This document shows, in pieces, positions 44,746 through 54,967 of a stretch of 64,000 nt of DNA (positions within the stretch are counted from its first letter, which is position 1; each line of letters opens with the position of its first letter). The stretch lies in assembly GCA_043827405.1 (NCBI GenBank), contig JBDRPD010000039.1:1-64000 (forward strand). The letters run 5' to 3'. This DNA comes from Elusimicrobiota bacterium (GTDB lineage: Bacteria > Elusimicrobiota > Elusimicrobia > UBA1565). The notes under the pieces are model-generated. The model saw only the letters and a list, made by a program, of their open reading frames with translations, did not search any database and had not been told where the DNA came from. Position numbers and translations under genes: made by a program.

Positions 44746-46443
44746 CTATTTTCGGCGGGCGAGAAAGCGGGCCGTCTCATGCAGCGCGATGACGGCGGCC
44801 AGCAGCGTTAGGTAGATGGCGTGAAACATCACGCCCGTGAGCCGGCGCTGCATCGAGGGCCGCCGCGCCCGGTCTTCCTCGGATGAGCGCTGCAGGGACG
44901 CGGCGACTTCCGGGTAGGGCGAGAAAATCATGTAGGGCTCGCGGTGCATGCTGTTGATGATGCCGATGGATATCGGCAGCGCGTACTGAAACAGGCCGAT
45001 GGGGTGCTGCGCCATGCCGGCCGCCTTCCAGCGCGCGTTGAGGCGCCGGGTGAAGTCTCCCAGGTGGAGCACGCTGCCGTTTTCGGAAATCGCCTGCAGG
45101 TCGAGGTCGCTGTCGGGTCCGGCGGCGCCGTTGACGAAGCTGCCCATGAGCAAGGCGCCGACGATGCGTTGGCCGCGCGGCAGCTCGCGGTTCATCTCCA
45201 GAATGGTGTCGCGTACGGCGGCGTCGAAGATGCCGAGGACCCGCTCCTGGTCATGCTTCTGGTAGTCCAGCAGCCGCTGGCGGGCGTCGTCGCCGGCCAG
45301 GCTGTCGAAGTAGGCGGGAAGCTCCTCGACGCTTAACGATGAGGCATGGAGCAGTCCCTTTTCCAGCAGCTTGCGAAACTGCGTGGCGCGGCGGTTGGGG
45401 TTGTAGGCCTGCGCCCGGGCGACCAGCCGCGCGAAGGCTTCGGTGCTCTCCCGGTCCTCCTGGAAATTGTTGTTGAAAAGCGCCCAGGCGTCGCCGACCA
45501 CGATACGGTTGGAGGTTACGCGCAGGCCGAAGGGGCCGAAGCGGCCGGTCGAACCCATGGTCAAATGCTGCAGGAAGAAGCGCAGGCGGAGATGGGGCTT
45601 GACCGCGAAATTCTTGCCCGGGTTCGCGTCGAACGGCTTCTTGTACTTGCGCCAGACGCTCACCGTGCGCGAAGTCACCCGCCAGTGAAAGGAGTTCAGG
45701 TATAGTCCCAGGTAGCCGAGCTTGTCCTTGATCCAGCGCCGCCCGGTGCGCTGCGGTATGTCGACTTCGCCGCGGTGCCGGGGATCGGGCTGCGGCTTCC
45801 AGTCGAAGCGCTCGACCTCCGGCTTGTCATCGGATTTCCTGCCGCCGATCAGCTCCTTGCCGAAGGAAAGCGCCGAGGACTTCCAGCCTTCCGGGGTGCC
45901 GAACCATTTATGGCCGCTGCGCCCGGCATGGACCGGGGAGGACGGCCGTTCGGCCCGCGCATTATCCCAGAGGTGCGCGGTCGTCTTGGTCAGCGACAGC
46001 TTGCGGAGAAAGCGCAGCGCGCCGGTTTTTTTCGCCGGCTCTTCCTGGGCCTCCCGGGCCTGCAGCTGCGAGCCGGGGAGCGCGGTCTTGACCGCAACGG
46101 CCTTGCCGCCGGTCTGGAGTTCCTGCTTTTGCCCCGTAATGTTCACGGTTTGAGGAGAGGTCTTCGCCTTATGAGAGATTTGTTCCGTCTGGGTGTTGAA
46201 GACGGGAAGGCTCGGCAGGACCGAGCCGAGAGACTGGGAATTTACGGTGCGGACCGAATTCGTCTTTAGCGCCGCTCCGCCACCTATGCCGCCGACAGCC
46301 GCGGCGCCGCCGACGGAAGCGGATACCTTTACCGGAGCGATGCGGACGGCGGCGTGAGCGGCCGGGGTTAATACGGGAATACAGGCAAGCAGGAAGGAGA
46401 GGGTGGAGCACGAGGTCCGTCTTAACAGACCACCTAGCTTCAT
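44746..46443 (-). CDS. Signal-peptide/leader-bearing protein with C-terminal Pol-beta-type nucleotidyltransferase domain
   Basis: Signal peptide (...VLTPAAHA), Gly/Ala-rich leader, LLMGSFVNGAAGPDSDLDL (hGS...DxD), C-terminal hydrophobic helix. Confidence 0.7.
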   Translation of the reverse strand: MKLGGLLRRTSCSTLSFLLACIPVLTPAAHAAVRIAPVKVSASVGGAAAVGGIGGGAALKTNSVRTVNSQSLGSVLPSLPVFNTQTEQISHKAKTSPQTVNITGQKQELQTGGKAVAVKTALPGSQLQAREAQEEPAKKTGALRFLRKLSLTKTTAHLWDNARAERPSSPVHAGRSGHKWFGTPEGWKSSALSFGKELIGGRKSDDKPEVERFDWKPQPDPRHRGEVDIPQRTGRRWIKDKLGYLGLYLNSFHWRVTSRTVSVWRKYKKPFDANPGKNFAVKPHLRLRFFLQHLTMGSTGRFGPFGLRVTSNRIVVGDAWALFNNNFQEDRESTEAFARLVARAQAYNPNRRATQFRKLLEKGLLHASSLSVEELPAYFDSLAGDDARQRLLDYQKHDQERVLGIFDAAVRDTILEMNRELPRGQRIVGALLMGSFVNGAAGPDSDLDLQAISENGSVLHLGDFTRRLNARWKAAGMAQHPIGLFQYALPISIGIINSMHREPYMIFSPYPEVAASLQRSSEEDRARRPSMQRRLTGVMFHAIYLTLLAAVIALHETARFLARRK

Positions 46444-46581
46444 ATCCTGAGTATATGAGAAAAATCAAAAAATCTGTTGGGTCGTACGTCCTATTTATGC
46501 GCCGTCATTCGGCCCATCCGAAACCCTGTTAAATTGCGCCGTAATATCCAATAATGGATAGGCGGCAATGGAGGAGGATAA

Positions 46582-47841
46582 GTGGCGGACGACAAGATCG
46601 ACCGAATAGAAGCGGAGCTGAGCGCCATGAAGGTGCTGGCCGAGCTGACCGCGCGCATTAACGCCGGCCACACCCTCGATGAGGTCCTGGATCACGTCTA
46701 CGATTCCTTCCGGCGCCTCATCCCGTACGACCGGATCGGCGTCGCGCTGCTGATCGACGACGGCACCGTGCTGCGCGCCCGCTGGGCGCGCGCGGAAACG
46801 CAGGCCATCCGGCTCAAGCAGGGCTTTTCCGCGCCGATGCTGGGCAGCAGCCTGCAGCATATCATCGACACGGGCATGCCGCGCATCCTCAACGATTTGG
46901 AGGCCTACCTGCGGGAGCACCCCGAGTCGTCATCCACCCGGCTGATCGTTGCGGAGGGCATCCGCTCCAGCCTGACCTGCCCGTTGGTCGTCGCCGGCGC
47001 GCCTATCGGCTTCATCTTCTTCAGCAGCACGGAGCGTGATACGTACCGGAACGCCCATGTGGTGTTCTTTCAGCAGCTGGCGGGCCAGCTCGCGATGGCG
47101 GTCGAGCGGGGGCAGCTCTTTCAGGAGCTCGTCGAGCTCGGCCGGCTCAAGGACAAATTCCTCGGCATCGCGGCGCATGACCTGCGTCATCCCCTGACCG
47201 TGATTATGGGCTATGCCGAAATGATCCAGCAGGACGTTCTGGGCGATGACCGGGCCGCCCGCGACGACGCGCTGGGAAAGATCACCGACGCCGCCAAGAT
47301 GATGAACCGCGTCCTCGAAGAGCTGCTCGATGTCAGCACCATCCAGTCGGGACATCTTTCCCTCGATCCGCGGCCTATCGACAGCGGCGAGTTCCTGCGC
47401 CGGACCGTCGCCAAGTACGCCATGCTGGGGAAAAAGAAGTCGATCGCCGTCTCCTGCGCCGCGGCCGACGACCTGCCGGGTATCTGCGCCGACCCGGAGC
47501 GCATCGACCAGGTGCTCAGCAACCTGATATCGAACGCGGTGAAGTTCTCTCATCCCAATACCCAGGTGAAGGTGACCGGTGAGCGCAAGAGCGGCGAAGT
47601 CCGGATATCGGTGCGGGACCAAGGCCAGGGAATTCCCGCGGACGCGCTGCCGCAGCTTTTCGAGGAGTTCGGCGCCGTCGGGGTCAAGCCCACCGCCGGG
47701 GAAAAGAGCACCGGTTTGGGGCTGGCCATTGTCAAAAAGATCGTCCGCGCGCACGGCGGGCGCATCTGGGCGGAAAGCACGCCGGGCAAAGGCTCGGCCT
47801 TTACCTTTGTTCTCCCGCTCGACGCGTCGCTTAGCTCTTGA
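46582..47841 (+). CDS. GAF-sensor histidine kinase
   Basis: GAF domain, H-box AAHDLRHPL, NLISNAVKF, DQGQGI, STGLGL; SD GGAGG before GTG. Confidence 0.93.
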   Translation: MADDKIDRIEAELSAMKVLAELTARINAGHTLDEVLDHVYDSFRRLIPYDRIGVALLIDDGTVLRARWARAETQAIRLKQGFSAPMLGSSLQHIIDTGMPRILNDLEAYLREHPESSSTRLIVAEGIRSSLTCPLVVAGAPIGFIFFSSTERDTYRNAHVVFFQQLAGQLAMAVERGQLFQELVELGRLKDKFLGIAAHDLRHPLTVIMGYAEMIQQDVLGDDRAARDDALGKITDAAKMMNRVLEELLDVSTIQSGHLSLDPRPIDSGEFLRRTVAKYAMLGKKKSIAVSCAAADDLPGICADPERIDQVLSNLISNAVKFSHPNTQVKVTGERKSGEVRISVRDQGQGIPADALPQLFEEFGAVGVKPTAGEKSTGLGLAIVKKIVRAHGGRIWAESTPGKGSAFTFVLPLDASLSS

Positions 47842-49753
47842 GGTAGCGCTTGTAGCCGGAGCCGGCGGCGAAGAGGTCGAACCAAACCAGGAAGTTGAGT
47901 ATGCACCACAGCGGCCGGCCGTTGTCCTTGCGGTGCGCCAGATGGTCGTCCCACATGGAGCGCACCGCCCGATAATCGAGCAGGCCGCTGGCCTCGACCT
48001 TCTTTTTGCTGAAGCAGCTCTCCGCGAAGTCACGGAACTCGTTCATGAACCACAGCGAGTGCGGCATCTCCAGCCCCATATTGCTGCGCCGGTAAATCTC
48101 AGGGGGGAGGGAGTGGCGCATGGCGCGCTTTTGGATGTAGCGGCCCTGCAGCCCCTTGATTTTAAGCCGCGTCGGGAGCTTGGCCGCGAACTCCACCAGC
48201 TTGCGGTCCATGTAGGGATAGCGTCCCTCGATGGAGTGCGCCATCAGCATGCGGTCGTTTTTGACCATCAGGTCGCCGATGAAGTAGTACTTCAAGTCGA
48301 TCAGCGAAAGCTTGTTGAGGTCGTCGGCGCAGTCCAGGCGTTCGAACATGTCCGAAAACAGCGTCCGCGTGGGGCGCAGGCCGGCGCCGGCGGTCATAAT
48401 CCGCGCTTTCTCCTGATCGGACAGCGCATGGCGCCAATAGAAGTGCGCGTCGGGCACGCTGAGCTCGGCGCCCTCGGTGAAGCGCTTGGAGAGGAAGTCG
48501 AAGCTCAGCTTCTTGTAGGAGGTCGGCAGCATGCCGGCCAACGAGCGTGCGGCGGCGCGCATGGGTGAGGGCATCAGCCGGCGGTAGAGACGGCGCGCCT
48601 TGTAGGCGCGGTGGGTCTCGTAGGCGTTAAAGATCTCGTCGCCGCCCTCGCCGGAGAGCAGGATGGAGACATGCGGCTTGGCCGCCCGCGCCAGCAGGTA
48701 CATCGGCACCGCGGCGCCGTCCCCGCTGGGCTCGTCGAGAAAAGCCATGTGTTCGTGCAGGTGCTCCAGCACGTCGGCGGGGCGGACGCTGACCTCGTGG
48801 TGGATGGGGCGGGCGAAGTCGACGAGGGTTTTCTGATAGGCGCTCTCGTCGTAGCTCGGCTCGTCCATGCGGATGGAGAAGGTGTGCAGCTCGCGGCTGA
48901 CGCCGAGCTCCTTGAACAGGGTCAGCAGACAGCCGGTGTCCACACCGCCCGAGAGCGTCAGCCCGGCGGGCACGTCGGCCGCCAGGTTGCGCCGCGCCGC
49001 GTCCATCATGATGGAGTGCAGCTCCTTGGCCGCGGCGTCTTCGGTCATGCTGTCGTCGGGGGCGTAGCGCAGGGTGTAGTACTCGCGCTGGTATGACGTT
49101 CCCCGGTCGAGGTTGAGCTCGATAAGATGTCCGCCGTCCAGCTCGCGTACGGCGGCGAAGGGGGTGTGCGCGCCGGGATAGTAGGCGAGCGAGAAGAAGT
49201 GGTGCAGGCCTTCCTCGTCGAGCTTCTTGTCGAAGTTCGCCAGCTCGAGGAATGATTTGATCTCCGAGGCGAAGTAGAGCTTGCCGTCTCTTTCCATGTA
49301 GAACAGCGGGCGCTGGCCGTAGAAATCGCGGACCAGGTAGGCCCGGCGTTTGCCGCTGTCGAGCAGGCAGAAAGCGAACATGCCGGAGAGGTGGTTGACG
49401 AAGTCTATTCCCAGCTCCTCGTAGAGGTGCAGCAGGACCTCGGCGTCGGAGCCGGAGCGGAAGCGGTGTCCGCGGTCGAGGCCGAAGCGCTTCTTGAGCT
49501 CGCCGAAGTTGGTGACCGCGCCGTTGTAGGTGATCCAGATGTCGCCCTTTTCGTTGGCCAGCGGCAGCTTGGCCTCATCGCTGAGGTCGGTGATCTTGAG
49601 GCGCGTGCTGCCGAGGATGCAGCGGGGATCGCGGTAGAGGCCCCAGCCGTCGGGGCCGCGGTGCTCGAGCGCGCGCGTCATGCGTTCGGCTTCCGCCGTG
49701 TCCTCCGGCCCCAGCTCCTTGCCTTGATAGATGATCCCGGCGATGCCGCACAT
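47831..49753 (-). CDS. asnB: Asparagine synthase-like glutamine amidotransferase (AsnB family)
   Basis: N-terminal MCGIAG, HRGPDG, LSGGVDT, LSGEGGDE, KNDRMLMAHSIEGRYP. Confidence 0.92.
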   Translation of the reverse strand: MCGIAGIIYQGKELGPEDTAEAERMTRALEHRGPDGWGLYRDPRCILGSTRLKITDLSDEAKLPLANEKGDIWITYNGAVTNFGELKKRFGLDRGHRFRSGSDAEVLLHLYEELGIDFVNHLSGMFAFCLLDSGKRRAYLVRDFYGQRPLFYMERDGKLYFASEIKSFLELANFDKKLDEEGLHHFFSLAYYPGAHTPFAAVRELDGGHLIELNLDRGTSYQREYYTLRYAPDDSMTEDAAAKELHSIMMDAARRNLAADVPAGLTLSGGVDTGCLLTLFKELGVSRELHTFSIRMDEPSYDESAYQKTLVDFARPIHHEVSVRPADVLEHLHEHMAFLDEPSGDGAAVPMYLLARAAKPHVSILLSGEGGDEIFNAYETHRAYKARRLYRRLMPSPMRAAARSLAGMLPTSYKKLSFDFLSKRFTEGAELSVPDAHFYWRHALSDQEKARIMTAGAGLRPTRTLFSDMFERLDCADDLNKLSLIDLKYYFIGDLMVKNDRMLMAHSIEGRYPYMDRKLVEFAAKLPTRLKIKGLQGRYIQKRAMRHSLPPEIYRRSNMGLEMPHSLWFMNEFRDFAESCFSKKKVEASGLLDYRAVRSMWDDHLAHRKDNGRPLWCILNFLVWFDLFAAGSGYKRYLKS

Positions 49754-49771
49754 GGTACTAGGATGCCGGAT

Positions 49772-51196
49772 TTACCGCCGATAGTAAAGGCTTGTCAGGG
49801 CCTCCGCCGCGGCGAGGCCAAGCCGGTAGAGGGCGCGTTCGAAGTACAGGCCGAAGAACCGGGTGCGGATGCGCCAGCGGCTGAGGAGATGCAGAGGATA
49901 GGCCGCCAGGCAGACGGGGAAATGCGACAGATGCCGGCGGTAGCGGAAGGCCAGAAATGTCGAGAGGTAGAGCTTGGCCGCGAGCCCCGTGTTTTCCTGC
50001 CACGGGCTGGAGACGCCGAAATGGTCGTGGCGCACCCAGCCATCCATGTCCGCCGGCGGACAAAAGCCCAGACGCACCGCCGCGCCGTAGAGCGCGGTCC
50101 CGGGCAGCGGGACATAGGATTGGACCTGAATCTCGGCGCCGGGATGCCGGGCATGTATTTTCTCGGCGAAGTCGAGGCATTGTCGGGCCTTATCCTTTTC
50201 GCCTTCCAGGGGCAGGCCGTGGATGATGGAGTAGACCGTCGGCAGGGTCGAGCGGCTCATCAGGCCGATGCCCTCGTCGATCTCGCGCGCGGTAATGCCC
50301 TTGCGTATGGACGCCAGCGTCTCGTCGTCGTCGGATTCGATGCCGAAGTAGACCCACTTGCAGCCGGAATCCTCCAGCCGGGCGAGCAGCTCGCGGTCGA
50401 GCATATTGATGCGGAAGTTGCCGATCCAGGAGAAGCCGCCGCCTTTAAGGAGCTTGAGATAATCCGCGAATTTATCCGAGCGGCCGCCGAAAAGGGTGTC
50501 GTCGTAGATGTCGAGCTCATCGACGCCGAGCTCTTTTAGCGCCGCGAGCTCGGCGGCGACCTTGGCCGTCGATTTGACCCGGGCCGCGCCGTGGAAGTTC
50601 GGGCTGTAGCAGAACTCGCAGCGGAAAGGACAGCCGCGGGAGGCCTCATAGCCGACGGCTTCGCGGATCGAGCGGCGTTTTAGATGGCGCTTAAGCTCCA
50701 GCGCGGCCTTGCCTTGGTATACGAAGGGCAGGGAATCGATGTCGAGCGGCAGGCGCTCGGCGCCGCCTCCGAGGCCGGCGAGGCCGGCGCAGTCCTGGCC
50801 GGCGCTCAGGCGGCGGAACAGCTCAAGCAAGGTCGCCTCGCCTTCGCCGCGCACGGCGTAGTCGACGTAGTCCTCCTTAAGAACCGTATCGGTTAAGGTC
50901 GTCGGGCAGATGCCGCCCCAGACGATTCGCGTGCCGCCGGACAGCTCGCGCAGGCGCCTGGACAGCCGCCGCGCCGAGGCGATCTGGTAGCCGCCGATGA
51001 CGGAAAAGCCCGCGAGCAGGGGGCGCCGCGCCGCCAGCTCGTCAAAGCGGTCCTGGCCGTCCAGACGTTCGTCGAAGTACTCGACCTCCACGCCGTTTCG
51101 CTCCAAGTACGTGCCCAGGGCGAAAATTGAGACCGGGGTATGGGCGTCGTAGCTGTAGGGCGTGTTGCGCGAGTAGCAGAGAAGGACGAAGCTCAT
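49772..51196 (-). CDS. B12-binding radical SAM protein
   Basis: VWGGICPT, RGEGE, SRGCPFRCEFC, FGIES, PLPGT. Real start is MSFVLLCY at 51196, overlapping the GT2 stop. Confidence 0.9.
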   Translation of the reverse strand: MSFVLLCYSRNTPYSYDAHTPVSIFALGTYLERNGVEVEYFDERLDGQDRFDELAARRPLLAGFSVIGGYQIASARRLSRRLRELSGGTRIVWGGICPTTLTDTVLKEDYVDYAVRGEGEATLLELFRRLSAGQDCAGLAGLGGGAERLPLDIDSLPFVYQGKAALELKRHLKRRSIREAVGYEASRGCPFRCEFCYSPNFHGAARVKSTAKVAAELAALKELGVDELDIYDDTLFGGRSDKFADYLKLLKGGGFSWIGNFRINMLDRELLARLEDSGCKWVYFGIESDDDETLASIRKGITAREIDEGIGLMSRSTLPTVYSIIHGLPLEGEKDKARQCLDFAEKIHARHPGAEIQVQSYVPLPGTALYGAAVRLGFCPPADMDGWVRHDHFGVSSPWQENTGLAAKLYLSTFLAFRYRRHLSHFPVCLAAYPLHLLSRWRIRTRFFGLYFERALYRLGLAAAEALTSLYYRR

Positions 51197-52212
51197 TTGA
51201 ATATCGCCGGGTCCAAAGTGTAGGCGCCGGTGAAGACCCTCTTGAGGAGTTCCTCGGCCGCCGAGTAAGCGGCGCTCACGGCCGCGCAGAGCGCGAAGCA
51301 GGCGCTGAGGATGACGGCGGGCAGGAGGTAGGCCGCTCCCCGGCGCTTGCAGGCGAAGGCATAGAACGGCGCGTAGCCGGCGAGAAAACCGGCGGCGAAC
51401 AGGGCGGCGGCAAAGCGCAGGCGCGGGAATGGAAACAAGAGCGCTCCCGGCAGGCATAGGGTCGCCAAACCGTAGGACGGCGTCGTCAGCGAGGTTTCGA
51501 ACTTCCAGCCGGCGGCAAAAAATATCTTTACCCACCAGTAGATTCTATGGGTGAAGATGAAAAGCAGTTTGCGGCGGCCGCCCCAGTGATGGTCGACCGC
51601 GACCGCGGGATCAAGCAGGAGCTTGAAGCCATTGGCGACAATGCGGCGTCCCATGGCTTCGTTTTCTATTTCCACGCCCTTCTCGATAACGTTATGGCCG
51701 CCGGTCCGCTGCCAAACCTGGCGGCGGCACAGCGCGCACCAGGCATTGAAGACATTGTATTCCACCGGGCGGTCGCTGATGAGAAATGAGTGATGTACGA
51801 ACAGCGCATAGTAGCGCGAGAAAAAGTTGTCGTCCAGCGCCGTCGGGCTGTAGATGCCCTCGACGACATCGGCGCCGCTGCTCTCGAGGCGGGTCAGAAG
51901 CTTGGCGATGGTGTCGGGGGGGACTCGGATGTCGGCGTCCATGAACAGCAGGAGCGGGGCGCGGGCGAGTTCGGCCGCTTTATTGCGCGCCTGGGTGACC
52001 CCGCGGTTGGCGTCGTTTCGCGTCAGCCGGAGGTCGAGGCGGTTCTGGAAGGATTTGAGGACCGCGGCGCTGCCGTCGGTCGAGGCGTCGTCGCAGACGC
52101 AGACCTCGAAGTCCTGGTATGCGGAGGCGCATAGCGACTCCAGAAACACTTTCAGCTCGTGCTCGGCGTTATGGGCCGCGACGGCGATCGACACCGCGGG
52201 GGAGTCGGTCAT
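51193..52212 (-). CDS. Glycosyltransferase family 2 with C-terminal TMs
   Basis: VSIAVAAHN, DDASTDGS, ARN, FMDAD. Confidence 0.9.
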   Translation of the reverse strand: MTDSPAVSIAVAAHNAEHELKVFLESLCASAYQDFEVCVCDDASTDGSAAVLKSFQNRLDLRLTRNDANRGVTQARNKAAELARAPLLLFMDADIRVPPDTIAKLLTRLESSGADVVEGIYSPTALDDNFFSRYYALFVHHSFLISDRPVEYNVFNAWCALCRRQVWQRTGGHNVIEKGVEIENEAMGRRIVANGFKLLLDPAVAVDHHWGGRRKLLFIFTHRIYWWVKIFFAAGWKFETSLTTPSYGLATLCLPGALLFPFPRLRFAAALFAAGFLAGYAPFYAFACKRRGAAYLLPAVILSACFALCAAVSAAYSAAEELLKRVFTGAYTLDPAIFK

Positions 52213-52346
52213 GGCTCACGCATCTTTACGTTTGCGCGGGGGTGAAAAGCCCCCAGTATCTCATGGGGCAGATGTTGGAATATCAGCTGGCGCTTCACGG
52301 CGAGCTCATTTTATCAGAATGCCGGCATATCAGGTAAAATAGACGC

Positions 52347-53495
52347 ATGCCGTTTGATATGCAGGGCCGCAAGTGCCTCGTTGTCGGCGCCGGCTTTTTC
52401 GGCGCGACGATAGCCGAAAGGATCGCGCAGGATGCGGATGCGCCGGTGCTGGTCATCGACCAGCGCGATCATATCGGGGGGAACTGCTACTCCGAGCGGG
52501 ATCAGCAGACCGGTATAGAGTTCCATAAGTATGGGACCCATATCTTCCACACTGAGGACCGGACGGTGTGGGACTATATTTCGCGCTTCACCGCCTTTAA
52601 CGGCTACCGGCATCAGGTGCTGACGACGCACAAGAATAAGGTCTACCAGATGCCGATCAACCTGGAGACCATCAACAGCTTTTACGGCAAGACCCTCAAG
52701 CCCTTTGAGGTGAAGGCCTTTCTCGCCGATGAGATCGCCCGCGAAGGCATCGCCGAGCCGCGCAATCTCGAGGAGATGGCGATCTCCTTGGTCGGGCGTC
52801 CGCTCTATGAGGCCTTCATCAAGGGCTATACCGAAAAGCAGTGGGAGAAGGACCCGGTGGACCTGCCCGCCGCGATTATCGAGCGGCTGCCGTTTCGCCA
52901 CGACTATGCCGAGAACTACTACTTCGACCGCTGGCAGGGAATTCCGCTCGACGGCTATACCCGTATCTTCGAGCGCCTGCTGGAGCATAAGAACATCGAG
53001 GTCCGCCTGGGGGTGGATTTCTTCGCTGTGCGCAAGGACCTGAGCGATGATTGTCTGGTCGTTTATACCGGACCGCTTGATCGCTATTTCGACTACCAGT
53101 TCGGGCGGCTCGAGAGCCGCACTTTGCGCTTTGAGAAAGAGGTCGTTGCCGTGGGCGACTTCCAGGGGACCTCGGTGATGAACTATGCCGATCGCGATAT
53201 CCCCTACACCCGCATTCACGAGCCGCGCCACCTGCATCTGGAGCGCGACTATCCGCGCGGCAAGTCGCTGATCTTTCGCGAGTTTCCGCAGCTCGGTACG
53301 GCGGAAAGCCCGTTTTACCCGATCAATACCCCGAAAAACAACGAATGCGCCGCGCGCTACAAGAAGGAGCGGGAGAAGCATCCCAACGTCGTCTTCGGCG
53401 GGCGTCTTGCCGACTACGAGTACTGCGACATGGACCGCACCATCGCCAAGGCGTTGGAGACCTACCGGACGCAGATCAAGCCGCGGCTTAAATGA
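52347..53495 (+). CDS. glf: UDP-galactopyranose mutase
   Basis: VVGAGFFG, HIGGNCYS, HKYGTHIFHT, GYTEKQW, YFDRWQGIPLDGYT, PFYP, GGRLADYEYCDMD. Confidence 0.96.
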   Translation: MPFDMQGRKCLVVGAGFFGATIAERIAQDADAPVLVIDQRDHIGGNCYSERDQQTGIEFHKYGTHIFHTEDRTVWDYISRFTAFNGYRHQVLTTHKNKVYQMPINLETINSFYGKTLKPFEVKAFLADEIAREGIAEPRNLEEMAISLVGRPLYEAFIKGYTEKQWEKDPVDLPAAIIERLPFRHDYAENYYFDRWQGIPLDGYTRIFERLLEHKNIEVRLGVDFFAVRKDLSDDCLVVYTGPLDRYFDYQFGRLESRTLRFEKEVVAVGDFQGTSVMNYADRDIPYTRIHEPRHLHLERDYPRGKSLIFREFPQLGTAESPFYPINTPKNNECAARYKKEREKHPNVVFGGRLADYEYCDMDRTIAKALETYRTQIKPRLK

Positions 53496-54967
53496 CCCGG
53501 CCCGTCTTCCTGATCTGGCCGGCGGATATCTCCCGGCAGAGCGCCCTCTATCCGCCCCTGGGTTTGGCCTATCTCTACAGCGCGCTGCAGCGCCGCGGCA
53601 TCACGGCGACCATGGTCGATCTGGCTTTTGATCCTGCACTGCGGGCTATGGCGGAAGTGCGGGCGCAGGGCGGAATCTACGGCCTGTCCTTTACCACCTC
53701 CATGATCAAGGACGTCCGGCGCTGCGTTGAAATGATACGCCGGTCGGACCCCGAGGGCGTCATCGTCATGGGCGGTCCGCATGCGACGGTATTCCCGGAA
53801 GCCTGCGTCGCCGAGCTCGACGCCGACTTCGTGCTGACGGCCGAGGGGGAAAACAGCTTTCCCGAGCTGGTGGCGGCGCTGTCTTCCGGCGAGGAATGCG
53901 GGGACCTCCCCGGCCTGGTGCGGCGCACTGCCGGCGCGATACTGCGCAATCCGGCGGCGGAGCCGATACCGGATTTGGACGCGCTGCCGGTGCCTGATCA
54001 GAGCGTATTCCCGGTGGAGCGCTACTTCGCGCTTAAGGGCTTTCGTGAGCTCTCCATGTATACCAGCCGCGGCTGTCCGGGGCGCTGTACCTTCTGCCAG
54101 CCGACCCTGGACGCCTTGTTCGGCAAAAAGATCCGCTACCATTCGGCGTCGCGCATCGTCTCCGAGATGGAAGAGCTGGCGGCGCGTTTCAAGCTCGATC
54201 TGATCGTCATGTCGGACGATACCTTCGCGGTGCGCAAGGACCGCGTGCAGGAGCTGTGCCGCGAGTTGATCCGCCGCAACGTCCCGGTGTTCTGGCGGGT
54301 GCAGACGCGGGTCAAAGGCCTGGACCGGGAGACGGTGCGGCTGATGAAGCGCGCCGGCTGCGTGGCCATGGCCTTCGGCGTGGAATCGGGCAGCCAGAAA
54401 ATCCTCGACGGCATTCGCAAGAACGTCAAGATCGCTGATATCAAAGAGATCTTCCGCGTCTGCCGGGAGGAGGGAATGCCGACGCATGCTTTTCTCATGG
54501 TCGGCAATTTCGGTGAGAGCGAGGAGACGATCCGCGAGACCGAGGCGCTCCTGCGGGAGATCAAACCCTTCAGCTCCAACGTTTCGGTCACTACGCCGTA
54601 TCCAGGGACCTATTTGTTCGATCAGGCGGCGGAGCGCGGGCTGCTCAAGCACCGGGACTGGGAGAAGTTCGATCATATCCTCAGCGACAGCCTGCACCTT
54701 GAGCTGGACGGGCTGACGGTGGATGATCTCAACGCTTTCAAGAAGCGGCTGCTGGACGTTCAGGACCATACGTGGCAGCGGATCGCGACTTTATTTAAGC
54801 TCGCATTTGATTATTGGTTCATCAGGCGGGCGCTCAAGCTTGTTCTGGCCAACCCGGGGTTTGTGCTCCGGGCGCTGCGGGCCGCGGTGCGGGGGGTGGC
54901 GCGCGCGGGCTTCGAGCTGACCAATCCGCGGACCAAGGCGACAAGGATTTATGGGTCAGCGGAGTAA
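53492..54967 (+). CDS. B12-binding radical SAM protein
   Basis: PPLGLAYL, MGGPHAT, EGE, SRGCPGRCTFC, FGVESGSQ, PYPGT. Confidence 0.92.
   Translation: MTRPVFLIWPADISRQSALYPPLGLAYLYSALQRRGITATMVDLAFDPALRAMAEVRAQGGIYGLSFTTSMIKDVRRCVEMIRRSDPEGVIVMGGPHATVFPEACVAELDADFVLTAEGENSFPELVAALSSGEECGDLPGLVRRTAGAILRNPAAEPIPDLDALPVPDQSVFPVERYFALKGFRELSMYTSRGCPGRCTFCQPTLDALFGKKIRYHSASRIVSEMEELAARFKLDLIVMSDDTFAVRKDRVQELCRELIRRNVPVFWRVQTRVKGLDRETVRLMKRAGCVAMAFGVESGSQKILDGIRKNVKIADIKEIFRVCREEGMPTHAFLMVGNFGESEETIRETEALLREIKPFSSNVSVTTPYPGTYLFDQAAERGLLKHRDWEKFDHILSDSLHLELDGLTVDDLNAFKKRLLDVQDHTWQRIATLFKLAFDYWFIRRALKLVLANPGFVLRALRAAVRGVARAGFELTNPRTKATRIYGSAE

Noticed and set aside
47831..49753. AsnB-like gene as a lasso-peptide cyclase
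   Set aside because: It has an intact N-terminal Cys glutaminase domain, there is no B protein/RRE or precursor nearby, and the context is glycosyltransferases.
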